From positions 170 to 64,169 of the forward strand of contig DATMRA010000130.1 in NCBI GenBank assembly GCA_035566535.1: a stretch of 64,000 nucleotides of DNA, written 5' to 3'. Below the pieces are notes generated by a model. It was not told the DNA's origin. It was given only the letters and a program-made list of their open reading frames with translations, and searched no databases. The stretch is from Candidatus Acidiferrales bacterium (GTDB lineage: Bacteria; Chloroflexota; Dormibacteria; Aeolococcales; Aeolococcaceae). This document shows, one piece after another, positions 29,962 to 38,377 of the stretch (positions are counted from its first letter, which is position 1; each line of letters starts with the position of its first letter). A program made the translations under genes and the position numbers.

Positions 29962-31169
29962 CACGGATTGTCCAGAAATACGGTGGCACGAGCGTCGCCA
30001 CGCCGGCCAAGTTGCGTCGCGTCGCCCGTCGCGTGCGCGAGTCGCTACCGGGCACGGAAGTTGTCGTCGTCGTGAGTGCCATGGGCGAGACCACCGACGA
30101 ACTCATCGCGCTGGCGCACAGCATCACCAGTGACCCGCCGTCTCGCGAGATGGACATGCTCCTCAGCAGCGGCGAGATCATCACCGCGCCTCTGCTCGCA
30201 ATGGCCCTTGTTGCCGCGGGCACGCCCGCGGTTTCCCTCACCGGTCTGCAGGCCGGCATCCGGACCAGCCGTGTGCATCGCACGGCTCGCATCGTCGACA
30301 TCATTCCGCAGCGCATCCTCGATGAGCTCGGCGGCGGCCGCGTCGTGGTCGTCGCTGGATTTCAAGGCGCCACTGAGGAACTCGACATCACGACGCTGGG
30401 TCGTGGCGGTTCAGACACGTCGGCAGTCGCTCTCGCAGTTGCACTGCACGCCGACCGCTGCGAGATTTTCACTGACGTGACCGGAGTGCACACGGCCGAC
30501 CCCCGTATCGTCCCCGAGGCGCGCGTCATCCCCGTCATCGCGTACGACGAGATGTTGGAGTTCGCCGCGGCGGGTGCCCGCGTGGTCCATCCGCGCGCAG
30601 TCGAGATCGGCGAGGCATATGCGATGGAGATACGGGTACGCTCGACCTTCGACGATCACCCCGGCACCATCATCTCCAATAACACGAACATGGAAGAACG
30701 GCAGAAGGTACGCGGCATCGCGCACGAGACAGACGTGGCCAAGATCACGCTCTTGGGCGTGCCCGACAGCCCCGGCGTGGCCGCAGCCATTTTCGGGCCA
30801 CTCGCCGACGAGGCGATCAACGTCGACATCATCGTTCAGAACGTGTCCCATGACGGCACAACCGACATGAGCTTCACGATCGCGGAGACCGACCTTCGAC
30901 GAGCCCAGCGGATGCTCGACGACCTGGCGAGGTCCACGGGCGCCCAGGGTTTCACCGCGACCGCCGACATAGCAAAGGTCAGCGTGATCGGCACCGGGCT
31001 GCGCACACCCGGAGTGGTTGCCCGGATTTTCCACGCGCTCGCGGAGGCCGGGATCAACATCGAGATGATCTCGTCGAGCGAGATCCATATCACGTGCATC
31101 ATCGACCGCGCCCGTGTTCGCGACGCGGTCAGCGCGCTGCATCAGGCATTCGAGCTCGAGAAGATCTAG
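29958..31169 (+). CDS. ask: Aspartate kinase (with two C-terminal ACT domains)
   Basis: 403 aa with N-terminal IVQKYGGTSV. GTG start overlapping the thrB stop (GTGA). Confidence 0.9.
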   Translation: MTRIVQKYGGTSVATPAKLRRVARRVRESLPGTEVVVVVSAMGETTDELIALAHSITSDPPSREMDMLLSSGEIITAPLLAMALVAAGTPAVSLTGLQAGIRTSRVHRTARIVDIIPQRILDELGGGRVVVVAGFQGATEELDITTLGRGGSDTSAVALAVALHADRCEIFTDVTGVHTADPRIVPEARVIPVIAYDEMLEFAAAGARVVHPRAVEIGEAYAMEIRVRSTFDDHPGTIISNNTNMEERQKVRGIAHETDVAKITLLGVPDSPGVAAAIFGPLADEAINVDIIVQNVSHDGTTDMSFTIAETDLRRAQRMLDDLARSTGAQGFTATADIAKVSVIGTGLRTPGVVARIFHALAEAGINIEMISSSEIHITCIIDRARVRDAVSALHQAFELEKI

Positions 31170-31174
31170 GCGAC

Positions 31175-32263
31175 GTGGCCCTCAGCGTGGGAATCGTCGG
31201 GCTGCCCAACGCGGGAAAATCGACGCTCTTCAATGCCCTGACGCGCGCCGGCGCCCAGGTGGGCAACTATCCCTTCACGACCATCGAGCCCAACACCGGC
31301 GTCGTCCCCGTGCCCGATGGGCGCCTGCTACGTCTCGCCGACCTGTTCCGGCCGCCGAAGGTCATCCCAGCCACGGTCACGTTCACCGACATCGCCGGCC
31401 TCGTGCGCGGCGCCAGCGGCGGCGAAGGCCTGGGCAATCGCTTCCTGGGCCACATCCGCGAGGTCGACGCAATCGCACTGGTGGTACGTGCGTTCGACGA
31501 CCCCGACGTGATCCACGTCGAGGGCGCGCTGGACCCGCTGCGTGACCTCGATGTCATCGAGCTCGAGCTCCAGCTCGCCGATCTCGAAACGGTCGCGCGC
31601 CGGCTGGAGCGCACCGAGAAGACTGCCCGGGTTCAGAAGGAGAAAGACGTGGCCGCAATAGCGCTCTTGCATCGCGTCGCCGGCCACCTCGACTCGGGCA
31701 GGTCCGTGCGCACGATGCAGCTCACCGACGAGGAACGCGGTGAGCTGCGCGAGCTCTGGCTGCTCACCGGAAAGCCGCTGCTCGTGGTGTACAACGCGGG
31801 CGAAAAACGCGCGGCGGATGTAATTCCTGACGCCGTGGTCGCGCGCGCGGCCGAGGCAGGTGGTGAAGCAGTTGCTGTTTCGGCCCGTATCGAGACCGAG
31901 TTGCTGGATCTCGACCCGGAGGACCGCGCCGCGTTCCTGACCGATATCGGCCTGAGCGAACCCGGGCTCGATCGCGTGGCTCGGGCTGCATATCACCTGC
32001 TCGAGCTGATCACCTTCTTCACCGCCGGCGACACCGAGGTTCGTGCGTGGACGCTCCGCCGGGGCGGCACGGCGCTCGATGCGGCGGGTGTTATCCATAC
32101 CGACTTCGCCAAGGGATTCATTCGCGCGGAGGTCGTGGATGTCGAGGACCTGCTGTCCGCGCGCTCGATCGTCACGGTCCGAGAGCTGGGGAAGCAACGG
32201 CTCGAAGGGCGAGACTATGTGATGCACGACGGCGACGTGGTGCACTTCCGGTTCAACGTGTGA
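31175..32263 (+). CDS. ychF: Redox-regulated ATPase YchF (Obg-family)
   Basis: Has GIVGLPNAGKSTLFNALT, the TGS domain and a C-terminal DUF933-like region. GTG start at 31175, just after the ask stop. Confidence 0.9.
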   Translation: MALSVGIVGLPNAGKSTLFNALTRAGAQVGNYPFTTIEPNTGVVPVPDGRLLRLADLFRPPKVIPATVTFTDIAGLVRGASGGEGLGNRFLGHIREVDAIALVVRAFDDPDVIHVEGALDPLRDLDVIELELQLADLETVARRLERTEKTARVQKEKDVAAIALLHRVAGHLDSGRSVRTMQLTDEERGELRELWLLTGKPLLVVYNAGEKRAADVIPDAVVARAAEAGGEAVAVSARIETELLDLDPEDRAAFLTDIGLSEPGLDRVARAAYHLLELITFFTAGDTEVRAWTLRRGGTALDAAGVIHTDFAKGFIRAEVVDVEDLLSARSIVTVRELGKQRLEGRDYVMHDGDVVHFRFNV

Positions 32264-32264
32264 C

Positions 32265-32999
32265 GTGCTGCTGATCCTCGATGACCCTGCCCCCGGCGCG
32301 GAGAACATGCGTCGCGATGTCGAACTGCTGCACGCGTGCGCGGCCGGTGAAATCGATGGCGCGCTGCGTATCTATGGCTTCGCGCCGCCGTGCTTGAGTC
32401 TCGGCCGGCTGCAGCCCGACAGTGACGTCGATCTCGTCGCCTGCGCGCGCGACGGCGTCGACGTGGTGCGGCGGCCGAGCGGCGGGCGCGCAGTGCTTCA
32501 CGACCAGGAGGTGACGTATGCGCTCGTCTGCCGCACCTCGGACCCGGCGTTCGGCGGCCACGTCCTCGAGTCGTGCGCTCGCATCCACGCGGCGGTGGCC
32601 CGCGGCCTGAAAACACTCGGGATCGACACCGCCGAGCACGCGCCGGGTGCGGACATGCGAGCCGCGGCAATCCACGGGGCAACATCCGCCGACTGCTTTG
32701 CCACGCCGGCGGCGCACGAGCTCGTCGACAGCAGCGGTCGCAAGCTGGTGGGGAGCGCGCAGGCGCGGTACCGAGGAGCCCTGCTGCAGCACGGAAGCGT
32801 GCTCCTGGAGCCGCCTCGGGCGGCGGCGTATCTCGGGCAACCAGCCGGGCGACCGGGTACGGGCATCCGGCAACTGATCGGCCGCGGCGTGACCCGCGAA
32901 GAGGTCAGCAGCGCGTTGGTCGAAGGGTTTCACGCCGCGCCGGGCTCGCGCCTGGAGATCAATTCGACCACCGCTGCCGTCAAAGCCGCCGACGCTTGA
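32265..32999 (+). CDS. Lipoate-protein ligase / octanoyltransferase family protein (BPL_LplA_LipB catalytic domain)
   Basis: 244 aa with the RRxSGGxAV(L/Y)HD motif (VVRRPSGGRAVLHDQEVTY) and the K residue in KLVGSAQ. Confidence 0.7.
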   Translation: MLLILDDPAPGAENMRRDVELLHACAAGEIDGALRIYGFAPPCLSLGRLQPDSDVDLVACARDGVDVVRRPSGGRAVLHDQEVTYALVCRTSDPAFGGHVLESCARIHAAVARGLKTLGIDTAEHAPGADMRAAAIHGATSADCFATPAAHELVDSSGRKLVGSAQARYRGALLQHGSVLLEPPRAAAYLGQPAGRPGTGIRQLIGRGVTREEVSSALVEGFHAAPGSRLEINSTTAAVKAADA

Positions 33000-33248
33000 C
33001 ACCACATTATGATGTGTTATCCTCCCGGTTAAGCCACAAGATGTTGGGCTGCACCTCCTCCGTCGGGTGGCTTCCTCGGCAGCGGGCGCCGGGTCCCTGC
33101 CCACCGCTCCGGCTTATAGCGTTCTGCTGAGGCCGTGCCATCCGGTGGCCCGCTGCCAATCCCCTCTTTAGGGAGACCGCAGGGAACCTGATCGCGCCGC
33201 GCGCCTGGTCGAAGCGTGTGTCGGTGCCTGATACGCTTCCAACGGTTC

Positions 33249-33686
33249 ATGGCCAAGAAAACGCGAAAGCAAAAGCAGCGTGCGGCCGCACGGCGCTCAA
33301 CGCCGGCAGGGACCACTCGGGTTCAGGCGCCGCAGCGACCGGTGGTGGACGACGAGTGGCAGCTTGGCGTCGCCGACACTGAGGACATCGAGCACGTCGA
33401 CGAGCCTGAGGCCGCAGAGTACGCAGCGGTCGATAGCGTTCCTGTCGCTGGGCGGCGCCGCATCGAGCGCGTCAGCGCCGTCACCGCCCAACGTGCGGTT
33501 CGCCAGGGACGTCCGCCCGCCAATGCCGCCGCCATGTTCCAGCCTCTTGAAAGCGACGACGCGGCCATCCCGTTCGACCGCGTGCCCTATGTCCCCGCTG
33601 ATCTCCGCCGCGTCGGGGTGATGGCGGTCTGCATGGTCGCGCTCATCGTCATCGCCGCGTTGATCGTCAGCCACGTGGTCAGCTGA
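33249..33686 (+). CDS. Hypothetical tail-anchored membrane protein (basic N-terminus, acidic middle, single TM at the extreme C-terminus)
   Basis: 145 aa from ATG MAKKTRKQKQ; high GC3; C-terminal ...RRVGVMAVCMVALIVIAALIVSHVVS*. The stop lies 6 nt before the start of the ArsA/Get3-like ATPase, suggesting translational coupling. Confidence 0.5.
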   Translation: MAKKTRKQKQRAAARRSTPAGTTRVQAPQRPVVDDEWQLGVADTEDIEHVDEPEAAEYAAVDSVPVAGRRRIERVSAVTAQRAVRQGRPPANAAAMFQPLESDDAAIPFDRVPYVPADLRRVGVMAVCMVALIVIAALIVSHVVS

Positions 33687-33692
33687 CGCCCC

Positions 33693-34868
33693 GTGCGGGT
33701 CATCCTCTACACGGGCAAGGGCGGCGTCGGGAAGACGACCGTCGCCGCGGCGACCGCTGTGCGCTGCGCGCAGTTGGGATACCGAACGCTCGTGATCAGC
33801 ACTGACGCTGCGCACAGCCTCGCCGACAGCCTGGACGTGAGCGTCGGCGAGCAACCCACCGAGGTTGCCCCAAATCTCTGGGCGCAGGAGGTCAATGCGC
33901 TCCACGAGCTTGAGAGTCACTGGGAGCGCATTCACGCCTACCTCACGGCGCTGTTCTCATCGCAGGAGGGCGTCGACGACATCGTCGCCGAGGAGCTGGC
34001 CTCTCCACCGGGGATGGAAGAGGTTGCCAGCCTGATGCAGATCAAGCACCACAAGAGCGACGGGCGCTTCGATGTGCTGATCGTCGACTGCGCCCCAACC
34101 GGTGAGACGTTGCAGCTGCTTGCGTTTCCCGACGTGGCGCGCTGGTATCTCAACAAGATCTTCCCCATTCAGCGGACCATCGCCAAGGTCGCGCGTCCCG
34201 TGGTGCAGCCGTTCACCAAGATCCCCCTGCCGGGAGATGAGATCTTCGGCCACGTGAAAGACCTGCTTCTCGACCTCGAGGGGATGAAGAAGATCCTCGG
34301 CGATCCCAAGGTCTGCACCGTGCGGATCGTCCTGAACCTGGAGAAGATGGTGGTGAAGGAGGCGCAACGCGCGTTCACGTACCTGAGCCTCTACGACTAC
34401 CTCACCGACCTGGTTGTCGTGAACCGCATCCTTCCGCCCGAGGTCACCGACGACTATTTCGATGCCTGGCGCAAGGCGCAGCAGCGTTACTCCGACGTCG
34501 TCGATCAAGCGTTCTCGCCGGTGCCGATCCTGCGCACCCGCTTGTTCGACCACGAGATCGTCGGCCTCGACAGCTTGGCGGAGATGGCGGAGTCGATCTA
34601 TGGCAGCGACGATCCCTCGCAGATCTACTACCGAGCCGTGTCGCAGCGTTTGCAGAAGGTGGGAAACACCTATGAGCTGCGCCTGCATCTTCCCTTCGTC
34701 GGCAAGGAGGACGTGGACATCACGCATCGCGAAGGCGAGCTGTACGTGTCCGTTGGAGCGTACAAGCGAGAGATCTCGCTGCCGCGCATCCTCAACGGCA
34801 AGACCGTGACCCGGGGCAAGCTCGAGGAGGGAATGCTGTTGGTCACCTTTGCGGACGCGCGAACGTGA
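33693..34868 (+). CDS. ArsA/Get3-family P-loop ATPase with C-terminal HSP20-like (ArsA_HSP20) domain
   Basis: 391 aa with a deviant Walker A (YTGKGGVGKTTVAAATA) and the A-loop/switch regions of the ArsA/GET3 anion-transporting ATPase family. The C-terminal roughly 70 aa (YELRLHLPFVGKEDVDITHREGELYVSVGAYKREISLP...) has an alpha-crystallin-like beta-sandwich signature. Confidence 0.85.
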   Translation: MRVILYTGKGGVGKTTVAAATAVRCAQLGYRTLVISTDAAHSLADSLDVSVGEQPTEVAPNLWAQEVNALHELESHWERIHAYLTALFSSQEGVDDIVAEELASPPGMEEVASLMQIKHHKSDGRFDVLIVDCAPTGETLQLLAFPDVARWYLNKIFPIQRTIAKVARPVVQPFTKIPLPGDEIFGHVKDLLLDLEGMKKILGDPKVCTVRIVLNLEKMVVKEAQRAFTYLSLYDYLTDLVVVNRILPPEVTDDYFDAWRKAQQRYSDVVDQAFSPVPILRTRLFDHEIVGLDSLAEMAESIYGSDDPSQIYYRAVSQRLQKVGNTYELRLHLPFVGKEDVDITHREGELYVSVGAYKREISLPRILNGKTVTRGKLEEGMLLVTFADART

Positions 34869-35116
34869 GCGACGCGTGTCGAGCGTGCCCGGCTCGGCTG
34901 GTGGAGGAAGCGGGCCGGCTGGTGGGCACCTCCTTCAGTGACATAGTTCCTCCGGAGGCTCAGGTGCACCTGTTCAATGCGCAGCGCGAGTTGCTCCTCG
35001 CTGTTGCGGCGACAATCGAGCACAACACCTCGCGGGGCACGCCGGGGACCCGTCGCCGCCAGCCGCGAGGCGGCAAACCACAGTCGCGACGTCCGTCGCG
35101 CGTCGAGTTGGACTAG
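34865..35116 (+). CDS. Hypothetical small protein, translationally coupled to the ArsA-like ATPase (GTGA overlap)
   Basis: 83 aa with a basic C-terminal tail and no recognised domain. Its operon position is the main support. Confidence 0.35.
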   Translation: MSDACRACPARLVEEAGRLVGTSFSDIVPPEAQVHLFNAQRELLLAVAATIEHNTSRGTPGTRRRQPRGGKPQSRRPSRVELD

Positions 35117-35169
35117 CGCGCCTGAAAGAGCGGGGCGGCAGCGCGCGCCAGACGGTCGTCATCGACGGC

Positions 35170-35673
35170 GTGGCCTGGCCGGTGCAGGGCGCGCAGGTCG
35201 CGATCATCGACGCTGGTCGCCTCGTCCTGCAGTTCCGCCCGTGGCCGCCGGGTTGGGAGCTGCCGGGAGGTCACTGCGAAGATGGCGAGGATCCCGCGGT
35301 AACGGCGGCTCGCGAGGCGGAGGAGGAGACCGGATACCGGGTTCACATCGATGCCGTGGTCGGCGTGTACACGTGGAGCGGCCTGCGCGCTGTGGGCGAT
35401 GTCCTGTACCTGGCGAGCATCAGCGGCGGCGTCCCGCGGCGCAGCATCGAGGCGTGGACCTCACGACTGGTCGGACCTGAAGATGTGCCTCGAACGGTGT
35501 TTCCGTGGATGCGGCAGCGCATCACCGACGCGTTCGCCAGCGCCGTAGGTGAGCCACCGGTTCATCGCGTCCAGCCGGTGACGCTGTACCACGTGGCGGG
35601 ATTCGCAACGGCCTGGATGCGCATCCCGCTGGATCGGTTCCGCAAGCGCCGCGCCCGGCGGCACATACAGTAG
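35170..35673 (+). CDS. NUDIX hydrolase
   Basis: Nudix box GGHCEDGEDPAVTAAREAEEETG. Confidence 0.85.
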   Translation: MAWPVQGAQVAIIDAGRLVLQFRPWPPGWELPGGHCEDGEDPAVTAAREAEEETGYRVHIDAVVGVYTWSGLRAVGDVLYLASISGGVPRRSIEAWTSRLVGPEDVPRTVFPWMRQRITDAFASAVGEPPVHRVQPVTLYHVAGFATAWMRIPLDRFRKRRARRHIQ

Positions 35674-35680
35674 GCAGCTG

Positions 35681-36670
35681 ATGACGACCGTGCTGTTGTT
35701 TGCCGCGGGCCTTGTGTTACTCGTGGTGGCGGCCGAACTGTTCACCAACGCAATCGAATGGGCCGGATTCCGGATGCGTCTGGCGAGCGGCGCGACCGGC
35801 AGCCTGCTCGCGGCGCTGGGCACCTCGCTGCCGGAGTTCGTCGTTCCGGTCGTGGCGCTGGCCGCGCACTCGCCATCCGCCGATTCCGTGGCGATGGGCG
35901 CAGTGATCGGGGCGCCATTCCTGCTGCTGACCATCGGCGCCGGTATCACCGGGCTCGCGGTCTTGACGCGTCGCGGAGCGCGCGAGCTCGTTCTTGATCA
36001 GCGGCAGCCGCGACGAGACCTCGGCGTGTTTCTGGCAGCGTATCCGCTGGCCCTGCTCGCAATTGCGCTGCCACACGCGGCGCGGATCGCGGTTGGCGTG
36101 CTGCTGCTGGCGGGCTACGCCGGCTATATCGTGGCCACGTTGCGGAGCGGCGGGCCCACCGACGAGATGCCCGAGCCGTTGCACATCGTGCGCTGGCGGA
36201 CAGGGCAACCGCACGCGGTTTTCATCAGTGTTCAGCTGGCGGTTGCGATCGTGATGCTCGTGGCCGGATCGCAACTCTTCGTTGATGGCTTGAACCGGGC
36301 GTCCGACGCTCTGCACGTTTCCACGTTGGTCCTTGCGCTTGTGGTCATACCCTTGGCCACCGAGCTGCCCGAGACCCTCAACAGCGTGCTCTGGGTGCGC
36401 TCGCGCGACGACGCGCTGGCCTTCGGCAATGTCGCCGGATCGGCGACATTCCAGTCGTGCGTGCTCGCCTTCATCGGTGTGGTGTTCACCACGTGGCAGC
36501 CTGGCCCCACGGGTCTGATCAGCGCCGGTCTCACGATCGCGACTGCCGCGGCGCTGCTGGCGCTGCTCTGGCACGGGCGCGCACCCGGGTCCAGGCTGGC
36601 GCTCGCGGCATTGCCATGGATCGGGTATGTCGTCGCGCAGGTCGTCACCGGTGGCCGCCTGGGAATGTGA
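35681..36670 (+). CDS. Na+/Ca2+ (cation/Ca2+) exchanger family membrane protein (CaCA, YrbG-like)
   Basis: 329 aa with about 10 TM segments. Two alpha-repeat signature motifs (GTSLPE and ATELPE) sit in antiparallel halves. Confidence 0.8.
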   Translation: MTTVLLFAAGLVLLVVAAELFTNAIEWAGFRMRLASGATGSLLAALGTSLPEFVVPVVALAAHSPSADSVAMGAVIGAPFLLLTIGAGITGLAVLTRRGARELVLDQRQPRRDLGVFLAAYPLALLAIALPHAARIAVGVLLLAGYAGYIVATLRSGGPTDEMPEPLHIVRWRTGQPHAVFISVQLAVAIVMLVAGSQLFVDGLNRASDALHVSTLVLALVVIPLATELPETLNSVLWVRSRDDALAFGNVAGSATFQSCVLAFIGVVFTTWQPGPTGLISAGLTIATAAALLALLWHGRAPGSRLALAALPWIGYVVAQVVTGGRLGM

Positions 36671-36705
36671 CGGGATGCAGCGCAACCGTGTCAAGGTAGT
36701 GCGCC

Positions 36706-37611
36706 ATGAAGCTTGACGGAAAGGTTGCTGTGGTAACGGGGAGCGGGCGGGGCATTGGACGTGCGTACGCACGCGCGCTTGCGGAAGCAGGCTGCGCCGT
36801 GGTCGTCAACGATGTGGACTCGGATGTGGCCGAGGAGACCGCGGCAGGCATCGCCGCTGGTGGCGGCCGGGCGGTCGCAGAGGTGTGCGCGGTCGGATCG
36901 TCCGAGGCCGCCGACCGGCTGGTCGCGAAAGCCGTGGACGCGTTCGGCCGGTTGGACATCATGTGCACCAACGCGGGCATCCTTCGCGACCGCGTGCTCT
37001 GGAACATGAGCGACGAGGAGTTCGACGTCGTGATCGAGACACATCTGCGCGGCACGTTCACGTGCGCGCGCGCCGCGGTGCGGCGGATGCGTGAGCAGGA
37101 CGAGGGCGGGCGCGTGGTCGTGGTCTCGTCCATCGCAGGCCAGCGAGGAAACTTCGGTCAGACCAATTACGCGGCGGCCAAGGCAGGCATCGCAGCATTT
37201 GCACGCACGTGGGCGCTGGAGTGCGCGCGCAACCGCATAACCGTCAACGCCATCGTGCCCAACGCGATCACGCGCATGATCTCGACGATCCCCGGGATGG
37301 CGCCGCTGGTCGAAGCGGCGGAGCGCGGGGATCCCCTGCCTGACCTGGCACGCAAGCAGATGGGCATGGGCACGCCGGAGGACGTCGCCCCGCTCGTCGT
37401 CTTCCTCTGTTCGGATGACGCGGCGGAGATCACCGGACAGTGCATTGGACTGGGCGGAGACAAGCTGTCTCTGTGGGCGCACCCGAAGGAGATATCGGTC
37501 GCGTATCGCGACGGCGGCTGGACGGCCGACGGAATCGCGGAGGTCTTCTCCGCGTCCGTGGGTCAGCAGCTCGAGACGTACGGCATCCCATTCCTCGGTG
37601 GCAAGTCCTAA
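36706..37611 (+). CDS. Short-chain dehydrogenase/reductase (SDR) family oxidoreductase with C-terminal extension
   Basis: Has TGSGRGIGRAYA, NAG, the catalytic YAAAKAG, and a roughly 60-aa C-terminal extension. Confidence 0.85.
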   Translation: MKLDGKVAVVTGSGRGIGRAYARALAEAGCAVVVNDVDSDVAEETAAGIAAGGGRAVAEVCAVGSSEAADRLVAKAVDAFGRLDIMCTNAGILRDRVLWNMSDEEFDVVIETHLRGTFTCARAAVRRMREQDEGGRVVVVSSIAGQRGNFGQTNYAAAKAGIAAFARTWALECARNRITVNAIVPNAITRMISTIPGMAPLVEAAERGDPLPDLARKQMGMGTPEDVAPLVVFLCSDDAAEITGQCIGLGGDKLSLWAHPKEISVAYRDGGWTADGIAEVFSASVGQQLETYGIPFLGGKS

Positions 37612-37615
37612 GAAT

Positions 37616-38344
37616 TTAGTCGGGAGCCCGCGCCAGTGACGCGTCAACAACCGTGGGCGCTCTCAGGCTCAGCAGCGTGACCGTCGTCGCGTGAAGGAAT
37701 GCGACGGCGACCATCGCCAGAGCAACGTACACCGCGATCCCGGTGTTGACGACGAAGAAGTCCGTCAGGCTGAAGGGCGCGCCCTGGCCGGCCGCGGCGT
37801 TGCTGACCTTGTCGAGTATCACCGTCGGTGCGTGCACTTGATTGATCACGAGCGTGACGAGCGCGATCAGGCCGAGGCCGCCCAGCAGCAGAAAGTGCCG
37901 TCGGGTTGATGTGCGGCGCAGCAAACCCGCCACACCCCAGAGGATCGCGAGTGCGATCGCGATGAACCCGGCGAGTGCCAATGGCTGAACGCCGACTCTC
38001 ATGGCGTCGGATGAGATCGAGCCGGATCTGCCCAGCGCCGACTGGCTGGCGCCGCACGGCCCAGGTGGGGTGGTGAGTTGACTCGGTGCTGACCCGAGCA
38101 CGAAGTCGAGGCCGCTGTAGCTGAAGAGGTTCAGCCCCTGAAGCGAGTCGAGGCACGAGTTCAACTGGGCCGACTGCGCGGCGCCACCGGTCAGCGAGGA
38201 GGCCGCACTGAGAGTTTGCTTGGCAGCGCTCGTGTTGCACGAGACTCCCGCAAACGTGAAGAAGAAGCATGCCAGCGCGATGACGAAGAACGCGGGTGAA
38301 ATCCGCCGAGAGGTCGGCTCCGTCACGAGGGCATCCAGCTTCAC
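37616..38344 (-). CDS. Hypothetical integral membrane protein (about 4 TM, Cys-containing extracytoplasmic loop)
   Basis: 242-aa ORF with hydrophobic segments. Lies downstream of the MFS gene on the same strand. Confidence 0.4.
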   Translation of the reverse strand: MKLDALVTEPTSRRISPAFFVIALACFFFTFAGVSCNTSAAKQTLSAASSLTGGAAQSAQLNSCLDSLQGLNLFSYSGLDFVLGSAPSQLTTPPGPCGASQSALGRSGSISSDAMRVGVQPLALAGFIAIALAILWGVAGLLRRTSTRRHFLLLGGLGLIALVTLVINQVHAPTVILDKVSNAAAGQGAPFSLTDFFVVNTGIAVYVALAMVAVAFLHATTVTLLSLRAPTVVDASLARAPD

Positions 38345-38377
38345 AACCGCTTCCTCCTCGAGTTCGCGATGAGCCGT

